Below, one piece after another: positions 33,270 to 42,770 of a stretch of 64,000 nucleotides of DNA. The first letter of the stretch is position 1. Every line of letters starts with the position of its first letter. The notes beneath the pieces were generated by a model, which was not told the DNA's origin, searched no databases, and saw only the letters and a list, made by a program, of their open reading frames with translations. The position numbers and the translations under genes are program-made. This stretch comes from an uncultured Gammaproteobacteria bacterium (GTDB lineage: Bacteria > Patescibacteriota > Patescibacteriia > Veblenbacterales > UBA10138): assembly GCA_964453605.1 (NCBI GenBank), contig CAYVOI010000001.1:310029-374028 (forward strand). The letters run 5' to 3'.

Positions 33270-34547
33270 ATGCCTAAATCCAAATCAGGCCCGCCGCAGC
33301 GTGATTTATTCGATAGCGGTCTCGAGCAACACCTCCGTGCCGAGGCGCCTTTGGCTGAGCGCTTACGTCCAGAAACCTGGACAGATTTTGTTGGCCAAGA
33401 ATCTGTTATTGGGCTTGGCACGCCCCTCCGGCAGCTTATTGAGCGCGACCAGGTGCCCTCGCTCATTTTTTGGGGCCCGCCCGGGAGCGGCAAAACCACG
33501 CTCGCCAGGCTGATCGCCCGGTTGACTAAATCCGTATTTGTGCAGCTGTCGGCGGTGCAAGCCGGGCTGGCAGAACTCAGGCAGATTGTGGCTGAAGCGC
33601 TTGAGCGGCGTAAGCTCCACCACACACGTACCATTCTCTTTATCGACGAAATTCACCGCTGGAACAAAGCACAGCAAGATGCGCTCTTACCCTATGTAGA
33701 GAACGGCACGGTGACGTTGATTGGCGCCACCACCGAAAACCCGTCGTTCGAGGTGGTGTCGGCCTTACTTTCTCGTTGTCGGGTGGTGGTGCTGCGGCCG
33801 CTCGCACCTGAGAACATCACCAGCATTCTAGAGCGGGCACTGCAAAGTCCTGCCGCTGGGTTTGGCACCGTTCGCGTCGAGGGTGCCGCGGCTGCCATTG
33901 CCCATCTCTCCGTAATGGCGAACGGCGATGCGCGCGTGGCGCTAAACGCGTTAGAGCTCGCGATAAAGTCGCAGGTGAAGGATGGTGTGGCGCGCCTGAC
34001 AGATGAGGTTTTAAAACAAAGCCTGCAGCGCACGCACCTGATGTATGATAAAGCCGGTGAGGAGCACTACAACATTATTTCCGCGTTGCACAAATCCATG
34101 CGGGGTTCTGATGCCGACGCTGCACTGTATTGGTTGGGGAGAATGCTCGAAGCAGGCGAGGATCCCTTGTACGTTGCCCGCCGGCTCATTCGTTTTGCTA
34201 GCGAAGACATTGGCCTGGCTGACCCGCAGGCGCTGGTGCAGGCGGTGGCCGCTTACCAAGCCGCACACGATATTGGCATGCCTGAATGTAATCTAGCGCT
34301 TGCCCAGGCTACCGTGTATCTGGCCCGCGCGCCCAAATCTAACGCACTCTACACCGCTTATGGTAAAGTAAAGGAAGATATAGAGAAGACTATCAACGAG
34401 GGCGTACCGCTGCACCTCAGGAACGCGCCCACCAAGCTCATGAAAGATCTACAGTACGGCAAGGGGTACAAGTATAACCCAGATTTTAGTGAGCCGGTGG
34501 AACAGGACTATTTACCACCGAGCTTGAAAGGAAAAAAGTACCTATGA
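33270..34547 (+). CDS. rarA: Replication-associated recombination protein A (MgsA/RarA AAA+ ATPase)
   Basis: Walker A GPPGSGKTT, Walker B ILFIDEIHRWNK, sensor and arginine-finger regions. C-terminal MgsA helical domain (HYNIISALHKSMRGSD). Confidence 0.85.
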   Translation: MPKSKSGPPQRDLFDSGLEQHLRAEAPLAERLRPETWTDFVGQESVIGLGTPLRQLIERDQVPSLIFWGPPGSGKTTLARLIARLTKSVFVQLSAVQAGLAELRQIVAEALERRKLHHTRTILFIDEIHRWNKAQQDALLPYVENGTVTLIGATTENPSFEVVSALLSRCRVVVLRPLAPENITSILERALQSPAAGFGTVRVEGAAAAIAHLSVMANGDARVALNALELAIKSQVKDGVARLTDEVLKQSLQRTHLMYDKAGEEHYNIISALHKSMRGSDADAALYWLGRMLEAGEDPLYVARRLIRFASEDIGLADPQALVQAVAAYQAAHDIGMPECNLALAQATVYLARAPKSNALYTAYGKVKEDIEKTINEGVPLHLRNAPTKLMKDLQYGKGYKYNPDFSEPVEQDYLPPSLKGKKYL

Positions 34548-34876
34548 CCTACGAACGTTGGCAAACCTTGCGTGAGAGCCTAAAGGGTAAGTTCCAAGTT
34601 TCCGCCGAGGGCACGGAGGAACTTAACCCCGGCCCTGGGCACGTGGAGTTTCTGGAGTGCACCACGCCGATGGGTCAGGTTCGGCTTGAGCTTGAGGTCA
34701 GGCCCAGGGTGTTGGAAAAGAAAACTTACTACTCCAAGCGCGCAGGCTCTCAGACTACCGTGGAATATAAGTACGACGAAAACGAACACACCTTAACCCT
34801 CAAGGCCTATCGCTTAGACCAGGGAAGTGGTGATTGGCTAGAGGTAAAGCCCGAAGCGTTTGCCGGGCATGTATAG
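34544..34876 (+). CDS. Hypothetical protein (110 aa)
   Basis: ORF overlapping the rarA stop by 4 nt. Confidence 0.4.
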   Translation: MTYERWQTLRESLKGKFQVSAEGTEELNPGPGHVEFLECTTPMGQVRLELEVRPRVLEKKTYYSKRAGSQTTVEYKYDENEHTLTLKAYRLDQGSGDWLEVKPEAFAGHV

Positions 34877-34928
34877 ACTTGCGAAAGTGCGCTATACTAA
34901 AAGGGTACTTAGTTGCTAGCCGTAGAGT

Positions 34929-35132
34929 ATGTTTTTAGGAACTGTTCTTATTGTGCTGGGTGTGCTCCTACTCCTCAAGAACCTGGGGGTAATTCAGGCT
35001 GCCACCTGGGACGTGCTCTGGCCGGTGCTACTCATCATTTTTGGTTTTGTGTTGCTAAAACGCAAGCGCGGCCGGGCCAGCTGGTGGGAATCGCGCCAGA
35101 ACGGTAACCGCGTACCACCGCCTACGCCGTAA
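34929..35132 (+). CDS. Small 2-TM membrane protein
   Basis: 67 aa: two hydrophobic helices and a basic tail. Confidence 0.35.
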   Translation: MFLGTVLIVLGVLLLLKNLGVIQAATWDVLWPVLLIIFGFVLLKRKRGRASWWESRQNGNRVPPPTP

Positions 35133-35138
35133 GGTGCT

Positions 35139-35594
35139 ATGCTGCCGCGCCTCCAGGTTGCCGCCGTCGTTGGTACCGCCGCCATACTCCTGGTAGTTGG
35201 GGGTGTGGTGGTGTACGTGGGCACGAGGAGTTACTCTCGTGGACCTGCCTCCACCTCTAGCTCAGCCGAAACAGTAGCTACACCGGCTCAGGTAGCCGAG
35301 CAGTACCAGGTAGGCTTGCGCGCTGCGGTGGCTGAGCTCGAACCACTCTTAGATCACAAGCTCTCTAGCCAGGACCAGGCAGCCCTAGCTTCCATACGTA
35401 ACACGTTGTTGGGTTTGAGTGTGCCACCCGAGGACCAGGCCTTCCACCTTAAGCTCGTGCTCAAGGTGTCACTGCTCCATGAGCTTCTCACCCCAGGTAC
35501 GGTGACCGCCGCCTCGCGCGGTGTGCCGACCGTGGCCTCTACCCAGGCTGAGCTTAAGCGCCTACTGGTGAGTTCGCCAGTGCTGGTTCGGTGA
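35139..35594 (+). CDS. Membrane-anchored hypothetical protein
   Basis: 151 aa. TM helix, then an Ala/Leu-rich domain. Confidence 0.4.
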   Translation: MLPRLQVAAVVGTAAILLVVGGVVVYVGTRSYSRGPASTSSSAETVATPAQVAEQYQVGLRAAVAELEPLLDHKLSSQDQAALASIRNTLLGLSVPPEDQAFHLKLVLKVSLLHELLTPGTVTAASRGVPTVASTQAELKRLLVSSPVLVR

Positions 35595-35597
35595 GCT

Positions 35598-36440
35598 ATG
35601 GTTGTCGCCGTACCTCATCCCGGTCGACCTCGGCTGTGGCACAAGGTGAGCCTGATGTGGCGTGCGCCGCGCCGCGGTGAGTGGTTTAGTCGGTGGTTGA
35701 TACGCGCCCTGGCGCTGGCAGTGCTGCTCCCCCTGGTCGCCACGTGGTACGAACCCTTGCTCTTACCCTACGCCATCGGTGTTCTTTTCTTCACCATTGG
35801 TTTAGCGGTCTGGTGGCAGTGGTTGGGGCTTGAGCACGTGGGAGCTTGGCTGGCAGGCGCGGCCACCCTGGCACTGTTCTGGTCGAGTAGTTTTGCGTTC
35901 TGGTTGTTCCTGGAGAACCCACGCTACCGGGTAGTCTGGCTCCTCGTGCTGGCGGTGTTTTCGTGGTGGTACCTTACGGAGTGGCAACGGCTCAGGCAGA
36001 AGTTATTCATTGGTGAGCCGCTGGTAGCAAGTTCCCCCAACCTGGCCCTGGGGTTTCTCACCACCTTAAGCTTGGGGGTGTCGGCCGAGGGCTTTCTGGT
36101 GTACCTCAATACGCCGCTGCCCTGGCTGTGGCTACTGTGCTACGGGCCGCTCGTGGTATCGTTCCTCGGCCTCTGTCAACTCAGCGGCTGGTCACCGTTC
36201 TCTCGTCCACTCTACCCCCTCACGGCGGCGGTGGTACTAGCCGAGGTGTTCGCGGTGGTAACTTGGTGGCCAACCAGCTTGTATGTTACGGGTTTTACAC
36301 TTGGTGCTACCTACCTAGTGGTGGCAGTAGTAGTGCGGCAAGAGGCGCAAGGCTTTGTGAACCGCCGGTCCTTGGGCCGTGAACTTGGGGTTCTGCTGGG
36401 CTCGCTGGTGTTGGTTCTCCTCTTAGCGCGTTGGGTGTAG
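35598..36440 (+). CDS. Polytopic Trp-rich membrane protein
   Basis: 280 aa, at least 7 hydrophobic segments. Start codon uncertain. Confidence 0.4.
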   Translation: MVVAVPHPGRPRLWHKVSLMWRAPRRGEWFSRWLIRALALAVLLPLVATWYEPLLLPYAIGVLFFTIGLAVWWQWLGLEHVGAWLAGAATLALFWSSSFAFWLFLENPRYRVVWLLVLAVFSWWYLTEWQRLRQKLFIGEPLVASSPNLALGFLTTLSLGVSAEGFLVYLNTPLPWLWLLCYGPLVVSFLGLCQLSGWSPFSRPLYPLTAAVVLAEVFAVVTWWPTSLYVTGFTLGATYLVVAVVVRQEAQGFVNRRSLGRELGVLLGSLVLVLLLARWV

Positions 36441-36443
36441 CCT

Positions 36444-37685
36444 ATGCCAGATCGCGACACCAGAGAAGTTCCGCCTCAGGTGCGGAACGACCAAGAGCTC
36501 AGGGCCCTCTACCAAGAGCGTAATGCCCGGAGCAGCTTCCGTACGCCCACCACTCACCTGGCGCCGCGCCGCGGGTGGTACCTCCAGCTCTTTCTCTTGG
36601 TTGTAGTAGCAGCCTCCGTGAGCCTGCTGACCGCTTTGAGTGTGTTCAACGCCGTACCCTTGTCGCTATTCCTGCCGTTTGAGCGTACCCTGCGGCCAGC
36701 CCAGCCCGCCCTTGAGCTCTCGGAAGATCTCCAGCATCGGCTGGCTTCGTCGGTTGTTGCCATGCTGCCGGCCAAAGCTGGCTCGGGCAGCACGGGCCAA
36801 CCGTACCTGGTGCAGGACAGTGTGGGACAGGGCTTGGCGCTCTCGAGCGATGGCTGGTTGGTTACTACCCAGGGCGTGGTGGCTCAGACTGGCCGTACCT
36901 ACCAGGTGGCGTCAGGGAGTGGCCACCTCTACCCCAGCGAGCTACTCCTGGTTGATCCGGTAGCCCCCCTGACGTTCATTAAAACCTCTGCCGTGGGGCT
37001 CACCGCTACGCCGTTTGCGGATGCCGTAAGTTTAGTGGTGAATCAGCCAGTGGCAGTGGCAGTGCTCGGCACGCAGTCCGCCGACCCAGCGTTCTACCTG
37101 AGACACCTGGCGCACCTTTCGGCCCACCTGGTACGCTCGAGTGCCGAGGTGCCGGTGAGCTCAGAAACTCTGCCCGACCGCTACCTGCTCGACAGTCCGC
37201 TGCCGCCGGGGAGCCAAGGTGCACCAGTAACCACACTCCGTGGCGACGTTATTGGTTTAGTGGCTGACTATGGCGGTGAGCTGAGGGCTGTGGTGCCGCT
37301 GGACTCTCTCGGCAGCGTAATTGACCGCCTGTTCGCCGACCATGAGGTGCACCGGTCTGCCTTGGGTATCACCTACGTGCAGTCAGCCTGGCTGGCGCCA
37401 TTTGTGACCTCCGGTGTGCCCACTGACGGCGCCCTGGTTACAGCCGTAAGAACGCCGGCACCAAAAACGGCTGCTCCTGGCGGCGGGCTCCAGGTGGGAG
37501 ATCGCATAGTGGCCGTGGCCGGCGAGCGCGTTGCTGAACGGAGCCTTTCGAGTTTGCTCCAACAGTACCGACCCGGCACACGCTTGAACCTAAGCGTCAA
37601 CCGAGGGGGCAATGAGCTTACCGTCACCGTTACCTTGGGCGAGCTAGTAGGTAAGCAAGCAGCATCAGCTAAACCAACTAGCTAG
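36444..37685 (+). CDS. Membrane-anchored trypsin-like (S1C/HtrA-like) domain plus PDZ protein, catalytic motif degenerate
   Basis: TM helix. The trypsin-fold region has GSQGAPV in place of GNSGGP. C-terminal PDZ (GLQVGDRIVAVAGERV). Confidence 0.45.
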   Translation: MPDRDTREVPPQVRNDQELRALYQERNARSSFRTPTTHLAPRRGWYLQLFLLVVVAASVSLLTALSVFNAVPLSLFLPFERTLRPAQPALELSEDLQHRLASSVVAMLPAKAGSGSTGQPYLVQDSVGQGLALSSDGWLVTTQGVVAQTGRTYQVASGSGHLYPSELLLVDPVAPLTFIKTSAVGLTATPFADAVSLVVNQPVAVAVLGTQSADPAFYLRHLAHLSAHLVRSSAEVPVSSETLPDRYLLDSPLPPGSQGAPVTTLRGDVIGLVADYGGELRAVVPLDSLGSVIDRLFADHEVHRSALGITYVQSAWLAPFVTSGVPTDGALVTAVRTPAPKTAAPGGGLQVGDRIVAVAGERVAERSLSSLLQQYRPGTRLNLSVNRGGNELTVTVTLGELVGKQAASAKPTS

Positions 37686-37829
37686 GGCTTAGGTCGGAAG
37701 GCATTGCAGCTGAAACGTAGAGTGCCCAAGTAGCTTTGGGGTTTTTGCTCTTGACAAAATTATAGTTTTGTACTAGCATAGTATGTTACATAAAAATCAA
37801 AACCACAACTTTTAGGAAAGGGTTCCACA

Positions 37830-38399
37830 GTGAAAACATCGTTCTTTATATTACTCATCGTACTCGTATTATTCGCCGCTACCGCTTCGGCACAAACCAC
37901 CACCGTCGACTACATTAACCAGCCCTATTTGCAGTTCGGGCTTGGGCTGGGAAATTACTCCGGACCCGAGGGAAGCTACCGGTTGGCTCAGTTCAACATT
38001 GTCCAATACTCAAGCTATCACCTGGGGTTTGTTGTTGAGCCTACTATTGGGCTAGCGGGTACTTACCCCCACCAGGTTGCTGGCAGCCCCGTGTACGCTC
38101 TGTTTTTTGGGCTGCAGTGGACGGTGTGGCACCGTTCGGCCATTGTCGGTGGCTATGCGTGGGTTGCCAAGTACGATGGCATCCAATTAAGTGATGCCAT
38201 TAACCGCCGTTCCCACGGACCGAGCATTGGAGTCCGCTATAACTGTACAGATGGGCTCTGGGTTCCCCACGGAAACGTGTCGGTGGAGGTTAGGGCGCTC
38301 TTCTTAAACACAGAAGATCGCACGACTGGCTGGCAACCTGAGTACAACAAGAGTTTCCTAGTGATAGTAGGGTACAATTTCGACCTCTCTAGTCATTAG
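37830..38399 (+). CDS. Outer-membrane beta-barrel protein (OmpW/OmpA-like 8-strand barrel)
   Basis: Cleavable signal peptide (..ATASA|QTT). Alternating amphipathic beta-strand pattern. Aromatic-rich C-terminal strand. Confidence 0.5.
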   Translation: MKTSFFILLIVLVLFAATASAQTTTVDYINQPYLQFGLGLGNYSGPEGSYRLAQFNIVQYSSYHLGFVVEPTIGLAGTYPHQVAGSPVYALFFGLQWTVWHRSAIVGGYAWVAKYDGIQLSDAINRRSHGPSIGVRYNCTDGLWVPHGNVSVEVRALFLNTEDRTTGWQPEYNKSFLVIVGYNFDLSSH

Positions 38400-38556
38400 T
38401 CATTGAGTTCCAAAACAAGCCCCACCCAAGCAACATCAGGTGGGGTTTTGCTATACCTAGAGCTAACCCTTGCACTTCGGGTTTCTTTGTGGTAGGCTAT
38501 CTACAGATCAAGGCCCCCGACGGGCCTTTTAAAAGACCCTAAATTCCTTAAAGGTT

Positions 38557-38748
38557 ATGCCTAACGTTCTCACTAATTACCTAAAACAGGCTACCGAAGA
38601 GCTTAAGAAGGTAGTTTGGCCCACACGCCAAGAAACTACCACCCACACCCTCATAGTCGTGGGCCTTTCGCTTGGGCTGGCGCTCTTCTTAGGAGCTATT
38701 GACTACGCCCTGAACTACGGGCTGCAGTCACTACTTTTGAACCGTTAA
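38557..38748 (+). CDS. secE: Preprotein translocase subunit SecE
   Basis: 63 aa: amphipathic N-terminus (ELKKVVWPTRQE) plus a single TM helix. Immediately upstream of nusG. Confidence 0.8.
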   Translation: MPNVLTNYLKQATEELKKVVWPTRQETTTHTLIVVGLSLGLALFLGAIDYALNYGLQSLLLNR

Positions 38749-38752
38749 GCTT

Positions 38753-39298
38753 ATGTCCAGGCAAGCTACACAACTTGGCCGTCGCTGGTACGCTATTCAC
38801 ACCTACTCAGGTTACGAGGAGAACGTTACTCGGAACTTACGGCAGCGTATTGAGTCCATGGATATGGGCGATAAGATTTTTAACGTGCTCATTCCCACCG
38901 AAAAGAAAATCCGCATTAAGAACGGTAAGCGTCGCGTAATCGAGGAAAAAATATTCCCGGGCTACGTGCTGGTGGAAATGCTGGTGACGGACGACAGCTG
39001 GTACGTGGTGCGCAACACCCCTAACGTCACGGGGTTCATCGGCACTGGCACCACGCCGACTCCAGTTTCCGAAGAGGAGATAAAGTCTATTCAGAAGCGC
39101 ATGGGTATCGAAGAGCCTAAGTACCAAATCGACGTTACCCCCGGTACACCAGTGCGCATCACCGACGGCCCGTTCAAAGAGTTTGAGGGTAAGGTGTCAG
39201 AAGTTGACGAAGGCCGTGGCAAAATTAAGGTCTTGGTTTCCATGTTCGGCCGCGAAACTCCGGTTGAACTCGACAGCTTGCAGATTCAAAAACTCTAG
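38753..39298 (+). CDS. nusG: Transcription termination/antitermination factor NusG
   Basis: NGN domain (WYAIHTYSGYEENV) and KOW domain (GTPVRITDGPFKEFEGKV). Confidence 0.9.
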   Translation: MSRQATQLGRRWYAIHTYSGYEENVTRNLRQRIESMDMGDKIFNVLIPTEKKIRIKNGKRRVIEEKIFPGYVLVEMLVTDDSWYVVRNTPNVTGFIGTGTTPTPVSEEEIKSIQKRMGIEEPKYQIDVTPGTPVRITDGPFKEFEGKVSEVDEGRGKIKVLVSMFGRETPVELDSLQIQKL

Positions 39299-39369
39299 CA
39301 CCAGTTCATAGTTCTTAGTCGTTAGTTCATAGTACTAAGAACTGTTGACTAATAACTATTAACTATTTT

Positions 39370-39795
39370 ATGGCTAAGAAAGTAAAAACAGTTATCAAGC
39401 TCCAAATTCCAGCTGGCAAGGCGAACCCCGCCCCGCCAGTAGGTCCGGCCTTGGGACAGCACGGCCTTAACATTCAGGAGTTCTGTACCAAGTTTAACGC
39501 CGCCACTAAGGACAAGGGTGGCGACATTACCCCAGTGGAAATTACGGTCTACGAAGACCGTACTTACACCTTTATTTTGAAGACCCCGCCCGCGGCTGAG
39601 CTGTTGAAGAAGGCCGCTGGCGTTCAGAAGGGGAGCGGTAAGCCGCTGCAGGAAAAGGTTGGCAAGGTTACACGTGCGCAGATTGAGGAAATCGCCAAGA
39701 TAAAACTACCCGACCTCAACGCTAACGACATCCCGGCTGCCATGAAGATTATCGAGGGTACGGCCCGCCAGATGGGCTTAGTGGTTGAAGGCTAA
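39370..39795 (+). CDS. rplK: 50S ribosomal protein L11
   Basis: [30 protein letters not shown] is the L11 signature. Confidence 0.9.
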   Translation: MAKKVKTVIKLQIPAGKANPAPPVGPALGQHGLNIQEFCTKFNAATKDKGGDITPVEITVYEDRTYTFILKTPPAAELLKKAAGVQKGSGKPLQEKVGKVTRAQIEEIAKIKLPDLNANDIPAAMKIIEGTARQMGLVVEG

Positions 39796-39996
39796 AGCCT
39801 TCAGCGAGCCAATAGTTTGGCTCGCGTAACCACTAAGCGGGCATTGCGATGCGGCTCCGCCGCAATGCCCAGGGACCGTTCCTGAAGAGCCCACGAACGT
39901 CTAGCGAATTTATCAACTAAACTTACTTATTATTTTGTGGGACCTGAGTCCGCCAGCTGGCGGACAAAGGGTTTGCACCACGAAAGGAACCACGTT
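39796..39996 (+). promoter_or_regulatory. Structured rplK-rplA intergenic leader (possible L1 autoregulatory site)
   Basis: 200-nt spacer with three strong hairpins (cagcgagccaa..ttggctcgcg; gggcattgcg..cgcaatgccc; gtccgccagctggcggac) ahead of the rplA RBS gaaagga. Confidence 0.35.
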
Positions 39997-40686
39997 ATGT
40001 CACAGCGCAGTAAGCGGTACAAAGCCGCCAAAGCCGCCGTCACGCCAGGTAAGGCTTACGAGCCTAAAGAGGCGGTAGACATTATTAAGGCTGAACCAGC
40101 AGCTAAGTTCGACGCCTCAGTGGAGGTGCACCTGCACCTCGGGGTCGATGTTAAACAGGCTAACCAGCAGGTGCGGGGCAGTGTCGTGCTCCCAAACGGC
40201 ATAGGGAAGACTAAGCGCGTGGCTGTGTTCTGCGCCGAGGACAAGCAGAAGGCGGCCAAGGCCGCTGGCGCCACCCTGGTCGGTGGTGAAGAACTCATTA
40301 AGGAAATTCAAACCACGGGCAAGTGCGATTTTGATGTCGCGGTGGCAACTCCTGACATGATGAAGCTCCTGGCCCCCATTGCCAAAATTTTAGGGCAGAA
40401 GGGCCTCATGCCTAACCCTAAAACTGAGACCATTACGCCAGACGTAGCCAAGGCAGTTGAGAACTTGAACAAGGGCAAGGTAAGTTTTAAGGCCGACGAC
40501 ACCGGCAACGTGCACCAAATGATCGGCAAGCTCTCGTTTGAGGCAGCCAAACTCCTGGAGAACCTCACCACCTTTATTGAGGCGGTAAAGCGCGCCAAAC
40601 CCTCGGGCGCTAAGGGCACCTACGTTATGAGTGCTACGCTTACCACCACCATGGGCCCGGCAGTCAAGGTACACGTGAGTGCCTAA
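39997..40686 (+). CDS. rplA: 50S ribosomal protein L1
   Basis: MSQRSKRYKAAK..., FDASVEVHLHLGVDVKQANQQVRGSVVLPNG. ATG at 39997 with RBS. Confidence 0.9.
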   Translation: MSQRSKRYKAAKAAVTPGKAYEPKEAVDIIKAEPAAKFDASVEVHLHLGVDVKQANQQVRGSVVLPNGIGKTKRVAVFCAEDKQKAAKAAGATLVGGEELIKEIQTTGKCDFDVAVATPDMMKLLAPIAKILGQKGLMPNPKTETITPDVAKAVENLNKGKVSFKADDTGNVHQMIGKLSFEAAKLLENLTTFIEAVKRAKPSGAKGTYVMSATLTTTMGPAVKVHVSA

Positions 40687-40807
40687 GGTTAGCCCTGTTT
40701 TGTTAATAGTGCTACTGTTATCTTAGATTTTTAGTTACTGTTAATTAACTTTATCTTCTCTTAAAGCGGTTCTCGTTAGCTAGCCGTATAAGGGAGAGGA
40801 CAACCAT

Positions 40808-41698
40808 ATGCCTGAAAAGTCTATGGGAGCTGACTTGAGTGAGCAAATATACCAGGAGCATCGCGACGCTTCTTGGAAACTGGATTCTAGTAAACAGAAA
40901 AAAGAGTTTTTGGACGAATCAGACTTTGTTAGTAAGTTTATTGCGGCTATTAGTGGTAAAAGACGAGAAGTTGAACAGAGAGTACAAGAAAGTCGGAAAA
41001 CTTATGAGGAAAATTTACGCCTCGCGCAAGAGCATATAGACGAAATGCATGAGCAAGCAAATGAGTATGTAAAAAGTTATGAGGTTTACGAACGAGAGCT
41101 GCAAAGGCTTACACAAGAGCTTGGGGCACAGTATAGTGAACGAGTAGAGGCGCTTCCTTGGCCAGCTTCGACAGCTGATATCAATGGCTATATTGATGAG
41201 ATGGTGGGGCTGAAAGTCGAACGTGGGATATCTTTGGAAGATCGGGCGCGGATAGTCGCCGCTATTGATATTTTTAAGCCTAAAATGGATAACCCAGGTT
41301 TTGCTGGTGAATCTTTTGTGATTGGCGAAGGAACCGATAGCGTAGAAGTCGGAATTTATAACGGCTCCCGTTTTCCAAGGTGGGAACTAGGTCAAGATAA
41401 CATCGCATCGGCCTCTGAAGTAGCGCACAGCAAAGGCTGGAAGGACATTTTGGAGGTGTCAACAGCTGTTACCTATCCGAGGAGGTATGATTCTCCTAAG
41501 GACCCTTCTGTTGAGGCTGAAAAGAAAGTTTATATTGCCCTAAGTGATGAAACAGCTAACCTGCTAAAGCAAGCTGGGCCCGATAATCTGAATTCTAGCT
41601 CCACCTTAACTTCGAAATTTGGTCGAGGTCTAGACTTGAGCACGCTCCATAATAGCTTTAATGTCATTGAGCTAGAGCGGGTGCGACAGAACAATTAG
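40808..41698 (+). CDS. Hypothetical protein (296 aa), coiled-coil N-terminal half, in an AT-rich segment
   Basis: Visibly lower GC than flanking genes. AT-rich 120-nt upstream region. No recognisable motif. Confidence 0.45.
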   Translation: MPEKSMGADLSEQIYQEHRDASWKLDSSKQKKEFLDESDFVSKFIAAISGKRREVEQRVQESRKTYEENLRLAQEHIDEMHEQANEYVKSYEVYERELQRLTQELGAQYSERVEALPWPASTADINGYIDEMVGLKVERGISLEDRARIVAAIDIFKPKMDNPGFAGESFVIGEGTDSVEVGIYNGSRFPRWELGQDNIASASEVAHSKGWKDILEVSTAVTYPRRYDSPKDPSVEAEKKVYIALSDETANLLKQAGPDNLNSSSTLTSKFGRGLDLSTLHNSFNVIELERVRQNN

Positions 41699-41718
41699 CT
41701 CACTTTGGTTGCAGTAAC

Positions 41719-42297
41719 ATGATACTCTCTGACCGTGACATCAAAGCAGCTCTCAAGGAGGGCAAGATCGGCGTGGAGCCGCTCTATGAGGGCGCTCTGC
41801 AGCCCGCCTCGGTGGATTTGCACCTCGACAAAAAGTTCCTCATTTTTCGGAACACCGAACACGCGTTCATAGACGTTAAGCAACCCATTGCTGACCTCAT
41901 GGAGGAGGTTGTCATTGCCGAGGACCGGCCGTTCATCATCCACCCTGGTGAGTTTGCGCTTGGGGTAACCGTTGAGAAGATAACCCTAGCTGACGATATG
42001 GTGGCCAGGCTCGAGGGCAAATCTTCCTTAGGTCGTATTGGTATCATCATCCACGCCACCGCCGGCTTTATTGACCCTGGAAATTCACTCAAGCCCACGC
42101 TCGAGCTCCACAACATTGGTAACTTGCCGGTGAAGCTCTACTACAACATGCCCATAGCGCAGATAGCTTTTATGCCGCTCTCGAGCCCTGCCGAGCACCC
42201 CTACGACAAGAGCCACAAGTACTTTGGCGCCTCAGAGCCGCAAGCCTCTAAGATGCACGAGAACTTTACCCCGCACCACCCAACTCCACGCACGTAA
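41719..42297 (+). CDS. dcd: dCTP deaminase
   Basis: MILSDRDIK...ASVDLHLD...IIHPGEFALGVT...EGKSSLGRIGI. Confidence 0.85.
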   Translation: MILSDRDIKAALKEGKIGVEPLYEGALQPASVDLHLDKKFLIFRNTEHAFIDVKQPIADLMEEVVIAEDRPFIIHPGEFALGVTVEKITLADDMVARLEGKSSLGRIGIIIHATAGFIDPGNSLKPTLELHNIGNLPVKLYYNMPIAQIAFMPLSSPAEHPYDKSHKYFGASEPQASKMHENFTPHHPTPRT

Positions 42298-42476
42298 GTG
42301 AGAACGGGTATGACCATATTGATAGTACCTAATCTTCAGGCGACCTTAGTCGTGTTAAGGGTTGGTGCTGGGTTTAAGGGCCAGAGTTAGCCTAACTCTG
42401 GTACTGAGCTTCCGGATATAAGCAGACCTACCACAGTGTTGTAGTAGGTCCGTTTCTGCTCGGGGAACCTCGGTTT

Positions 42477-42770
42477 TTAACCGTTCGCTGCTTCCATCAG
42501 TTCATTGGCATGAATGGGTGAGCCGTATCTGAACTGTGGTTCCTTTTGATGCTTGGGGCAGTACATATGGAACACGGTACGTGTGCCCGAGCCGGCGCAT
42601 GGCCCAGGACCATCTTCCCATATCGTGTGGGTTGCCTGCACCATGATAATGCCAGCGCCGGTTTTCTTACAAACCCATTTGTTCCTTTTATACACAGCAT
42701 GCCGCCCAAGCCACTCGCGTTCTTTTTTCACTATGGTAACTTGGCCAGGAGCAGTTTGTATGCCGCTCAT
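42477..42770 (-). CDS. Hypothetical small basic Cys/His-containing protein (97 aa)
   Basis: Only ORF in a 600-nt gap. Antisense to the flanking operon. Function unknown. Confidence 0.3.
   Translation of the reverse strand: MSGIQTAPGQVTIVKKEREWLGRHAVYKRNKWVCKKTGAGIIMVQATHTIWEDGPGPCAGSGTRTVFHMYCPKHQKEPQFRYGSPIHANELMEAANG

Noticed and set aside
40687-41698. Calling the low-GC 296-aa gene a defence or abortive-infection system
   Set aside because: There is no motif-level evidence (no nuclease, NTPase, SIR2 or TIR signature recognised). It is kept only as a flagged hypothetical in the findings.
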